Source of the DNA: Plasmodiophora brassicae
Taxonomy: Eukaryota
DNA: 40,821 bases
Direction: 5' to 3'
Assembly (NCBI GenBank): GCA_036867785.1
Contig: CP145427.1
Span: 682,001 to 722,821 of the forward strand
Shown here: positions 36,843 through 40,821 of the stretch, piece after piece
Position numbering within the stretch: position 1 is the first letter of the stretch
Layout: every line of letters begins with the position of its first letter
The notes under the pieces: model-generated
The model's database searches: none
The model's input: the letters and a program-made list of their open reading frames with translations, nothing else
What the model was told of the DNA's origin: nothing
Translations under genes and position numbers: made by a program

Positions 36843-36900
36843 CTGCGCGTCGAGCGGTGCCTGCCTGCCTGCGCGTCGAGCGGTGCCTGCCTGCCTGCGC
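36843..36900. repeat. 26-bp perfect tandem duplication
   Basis: CTGCGCGTCGAGCGGTGCCTGCCTGC at 36843 and 36869, with a partial third copy at 36895. Confidence 0.9.
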
Positions 36901-39344
36901 TGTGTTCGGCATCGCATGTCGCAAGTCCTCGACGTCCCGAGGCGCGTGATCGCCGTACCAGCGACTGTTGCGGCATCGTCGATGCATCCTGCAGGATGTC
37001 TGCAGACGCGCCGAACACTTCTGGGCGAACGCCATGCACTGGTACGGATTGTCGCCTAATGCAAAGGACCAGGTCCTCACACGTTCTGCACAGTACCCGC
37101 ACCTCGCGTGTCGCCAACGACCTGTCGCGCCTGCTTGTCCTGCATGCGTCCTCGCCGTGGTCGTCGTCGACCGGCGCCACCGGCAAACACGGCCGCCTAC
37201 GACCGTAACAGGGCGCTGCTGCCCGCCTGTTCACCTCCTGGTCAGCGGCGTGTCGTCGCCCTGATTGCTCTAGTCACCGACCCCCGGATACGCCTTCCTG
37301 CCCCTGCTTGCGTCCATGTCGACGTCGCCGCCGACCATATCTGCACGGGCCAACACATTCACGACGAAGACAACGTCCCTGCGACGCCGCCACCACTCAA
37401 CACCACGGGTCAACAGATCCACCACGACCGCGAACGTTCTGAAGGACGCCTGCTGACGCACCAGATACATCTGGCCGGACGCCCTGCACCTTCACGGCAG
37501 GTTCGAGTCGACGCCTGATGATGCACAGGGTCCCGGGACATTTGACATTCTGGACAGGACTCGAGTGCCGTCGCCTATCCAGCATGAGGACCTGCAGCGC
37601 AGCAGGCATCATGGCGATAACTCTGCTTTTCTGCGAGGTGAAGGCCCATTAACCTGTTGCCTTTCGAACCGGCTGACATTCATGTCGTTACCGGCAGGCG
37701 CCAGCGTTGCTGCTCAGAATCCAGGCGAGTTCGGAACCATCGTTGTTGCCGCGTCGGCCCCTGCTGGTACTGGTTTGACGAATTGTGCATCTCCAGCCTG
37801 GCTGACATCCCCGGTATTCTGGCAGACACTGGCGATGCTGCTAAGAATCCTGACGAGTGCTGTGTCACCCCTGTTGCCGCCGTGCGCCCTTTCTGATGCT
37901 GGTCGGCAGGCGTCACGTAATCGACTTCCTGTTCTGGTCGACCTTCAGGCGACTGCAAGCTGCTTGAACCACTCCATTCTGGTACGCCGTCCGTCGATTC
38001 CCCATGGTATCGCATCGCTTTTGAACGATTCTGCTTGTATTGCAGGTACCGCCCTGGACCGGCTCGACGCCATACGACGCGGTGTCCCTTCGCGTATGTC
38101 ACATGCCCATTCCATTCGGTGCAAGAATCTGATCCCGACCACTGAAGAACTGTCGCCCGGTGAGGCCATCATCGTGCGTCCAGATGCGCCACGTGTCCTG
38201 TATGGCCTGGCTGACACATAGATCAGGCCGTCAGTTCCATAGCACGTACAGTGACAATCCGCCCAGACATTCTAACCGCTGTCCTACAGGTCGGCCCTAA
38301 CGCGCCTGCCTGCCCTGCCCGAGCCCACGCTGATGTCGCCGCCCACCATCATCACTGACGGCCGGATTCACTACGACCAGAACACGTCCTGCTGGACGCC
38401 TGCCAGCGAGCCCGATACGTCTGGGCGAACGTGCGGCCCCTCCTGGACAGGTACGATTCTTTGCCCGATGCATCGAGTCGGGCACTCTAACACGTGATGG
38501 ACAGAACACGCCTACAGTCAGCCGCCGTTTCCCGTCCAGCGTGAACACCAGCAAGACAGCAGTTGTGCTGCGACGGCGAGCTGGGGACAACGTCGCGCCG
38601 ACCTGCTCCTCAGCTGAGGTGGCACGCGGGCGGCAAGCCGATCGCTGCAATCGGTCGCGAGCTCACCTGCACTGCACCATGCGTCTACGCCCGTCCGACA
38701 AACCAAGGTCATCGTCGAGGCCCCCATCTGCTTGCACATCGGCGCCTGCCTGTCCTGCATGCCGTCGAGCAGGGCGGCGCCGCCTATCGTCCGTTGCCGC
38801 CGATTGACATGCGAACGCCTACCTGCCATCGACGACCCGCCGCCATCCCGGCCGGCGTATTGCCACAACCAGACCCGTTCAATACAAGCTCACCGTGTCG
38901 TCACACGCGTACAACGACCGTGCACATTCGTCCTGGCGTCACCGGGCGCCCAACGGTAGCCTTTGCTGCAACCGTTGCCGTGGAGGCGAACTTGGCGCTC
39001 CTCGGGGTGATCGTCAGCTATGCATGCATTCGTCAGGCACCAGAATGAGGTCAACGGACGGATCCGAGCACACGTCGTCGATCGCGATGGGATGATGTCG
39101 CATTACGGTTCGGACGTCAAGTTCACGAGCCTTCGCCCACAGATGGTGGGAGATACCATCCACAGTGTCAGGTGCGTAGCTGCTGCACGTCCGGCATCGC
39201 GAAATTTGCAGTGCCGCCAGACTCAGTGGCAATATGTTGTCAGCGCACACCATCATCAATCGGTGATCGACGAGGCTGATGAAGGCACCGGCTGACAATA
39301 ATGCTCATTTGGGTCAAGCTTCTCCAAGTATCGGTGAACAAGCG

Positions 39345-39693
39345 AAAGTTTCGTTTCCATCGACCACCCGTGGTAGTGTAGAAAACATTCAACTACTCAG
39401 CGCCTGCGAGGAACGGTGACAATTCCTATTGCATAAATACGTAGGTGTTGCTGTAGAGTGCTCGTATATTCTCTGATTGTCACTATCATCGACAGAACGA
39501 TCAGCACAGAGAAATTGAAAAGTTTCGTTTCCATTTTGACCACCCGTGATACTGAAGAAAACATTCAACTACTCAGCGCCGTCGAGGAATGGACACAATT
39601 ACTATTGCTAAAATACGTAGCAGTTGCTCTAGACTACTCGTTTGCTCTATGATTGTCACTATCATGTACAGAAAGAGGAGCACAGAGAATTGA
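39345..39693. repeat. Diverged AT-rich tandem duplication, 174-bp period, 2 copies
   Basis: AAAGTTTCGTTTCCAT starts at 39345 and 39519. Shared blocks include AGAAAACATTCAACTACTCAGCGCC and TGATTGTCACTATCAT. About 25 substitutions plus two small indels by manual alignment. Confidence 0.95.
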
Positions 39694-39997
39694 ATCCACG
39701 CAGGGCCCGCGCGCGGCGACGTTGGGTCCGTCTGCATGCCGACCATTTCAGATCTGGCGAGACTAGCAACCGGTAAAGACGCGGTAGCGCAACGCGCACG
39801 TAGAACAGTTGGTCCCGCCCAATTCCAGGCAAACGCGTCTTCGCGACCACCTTAACCATGAGCATACGTGTGGCCACGGGCCAAGTCGAACGTCTCGGAT
39901 GAGTCGACCTGCCACGACGCTCTTCTGCCAGGTTACGCCATGCAATGCAGACCCGTCCATTGCGTTATTGAAATGGAAAGCATCCGGGGCAGGTTTA

Positions 39998-40531
39998 TTA
40001 TACACGGGCGGCCATGCACCGATAGAACAGCATGCGGTAGACGCGCCTGGTTAGCAGGCCGGCGACATGCGGGTCTCGATACCGCACGAGGCGACTGGTG
40101 TCGCAGAAGGCCCAGCAGCCACTCGCCTGCTTCACCCAGGACACGTAGTGTCCTTGGTCTTGACCAAGACGCTGGGTGTCACCACCCTGGTAGTCGACGA
40201 GACCGACCAACTCGAAGTACGCCGGGCCAACCTGGACAACCGGCATCTGATGCAGGCCTGTGTCCGCTGAACTGCCCCTGTTCATCAACGAGTTCCTCGC
40301 CCTGTCCATGGTTCGGACAACCACATCTCTGGGGTCAGGTTGCACCTTCACATCCGCCGATCGACCCGTGGCGCGACACTGATATTGTTCGTATCCCAGG
40401 CGTTTCGGCACCTCTGTACGCAACCGGCGAATGAAGATGGATGCCGGGCAACGTAAAGCAGACGCCGATCCCGCGGTGGGTGCAATCTCGGCGCGATCGT
40501 CTACGCGACGTCGCTGCAAGTCACGGGTTTT
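39998..40531 (-). pseudogene. 5'-truncated ubiquitin-specific protease (peptidase C19)-like fragment abutting the telomere
   Basis: FELVGLVDYQGG...GHYVSWVK...GCWAFCD...RMLFYR matches the USP His-box/C-terminal signature. No Cys box is present, and the frame stays open into the first telomeric repeat. Confidence 0.7.
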
Positions 40532-40821
40532 TTAGGGTTTTTTTAGGGTTTTTTAGGGTTTTTTAGGGTTTTTTAGGGTTTTTTAGGGTTTTTTTAGGGT
40601 TTTTAGGGTTTAGGGTTTTTAGGGTTTAGGGGGTTAGGGTTTTTAGGGTTTTAGGGTTTTAGGGTTTTAGGGTTTTTAGGGTTTTAGGGTTTTAGGGTTT
40701 TAGGGTTTTAGGGTTTTAGGGTTTTAGGGTTTTAGGGTTTTAGGGTTTTAGGGTTTTAGGTTTTAGGGTTTTTTAGGGTTTTTAGGGTTTTAGGGTTTTT
40801 TAGGGTTTTTTAGGGTTTTAA
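40525..40821 (+). repeat. Telomeric repeat array T(2-7)AGGG, predominantly TTTTAGGG
   Basis: Continuous array to the end of the window, with the G-rich strand running 5'->3' towards the end as expected for a true chromosome terminus. Confidence 0.98.

Noticed and set aside
39345-39693. UGA read-through (Sec or Trp; RRR*VVECF resembling a transposase RWVVE motif) in the 174-bp duplicate
   Set aside because: The synonymous excess is not clearly above chance, indels break the frame between units, and no SECIS or wider transposase context is visible.
36100-40524. Telomere-associated retrotransposon or RecQ-type telomere-linked helicase
   Set aside because: No reverse-transcriptase, endonuclease or helicase motifs recognised in any frame.

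Overview
Gene-dense, GC-rich, intron-rich eukaryotic chromosome end that finishes in a T(n)AGGG telomere array (mostly TTTTAGGG). The short (~50-70 nt) GT-AG introns, compact layout and telomere type suggest a phytomyxid protist such as Plasmodiophora brassicae; this is an inference, not a database result. Manual splicing supports about 15 genes: ISWI remodeler, TTC23-like TPR protein, small membrane protein, 3-ketoacyl-CoA thiolase, possible HAUS7/augmin subunit, two tandem LRR + SUEL-lectin single-pass receptors, G-protein alpha subunit, large C2-domain protein, NudC-domain protein, CDK9/12-type kinase with RS tail, Boule-like RRM protein, TmcB/C-like PAS membrane protein and a GT10 fucosyltransferase. 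A ~4.4 kb degenerate subtelomere follows. Four features stand out: (1) the receptor pair is built from one-LRR-per-exon, phase-2 cassettes and differs by four exons, lying next to an atypical G-alpha; (2) a ubiquitin-specific-protease His-box fragment reads open right up to the telomere junction, suggesting chromosome breakage and healing; (3) a diverged AT-rich 174-bp tandem duplicate sits in the subtelomere; (4) a nested 105/81/24-bp minisatellite lies directly upstream of ISWI.
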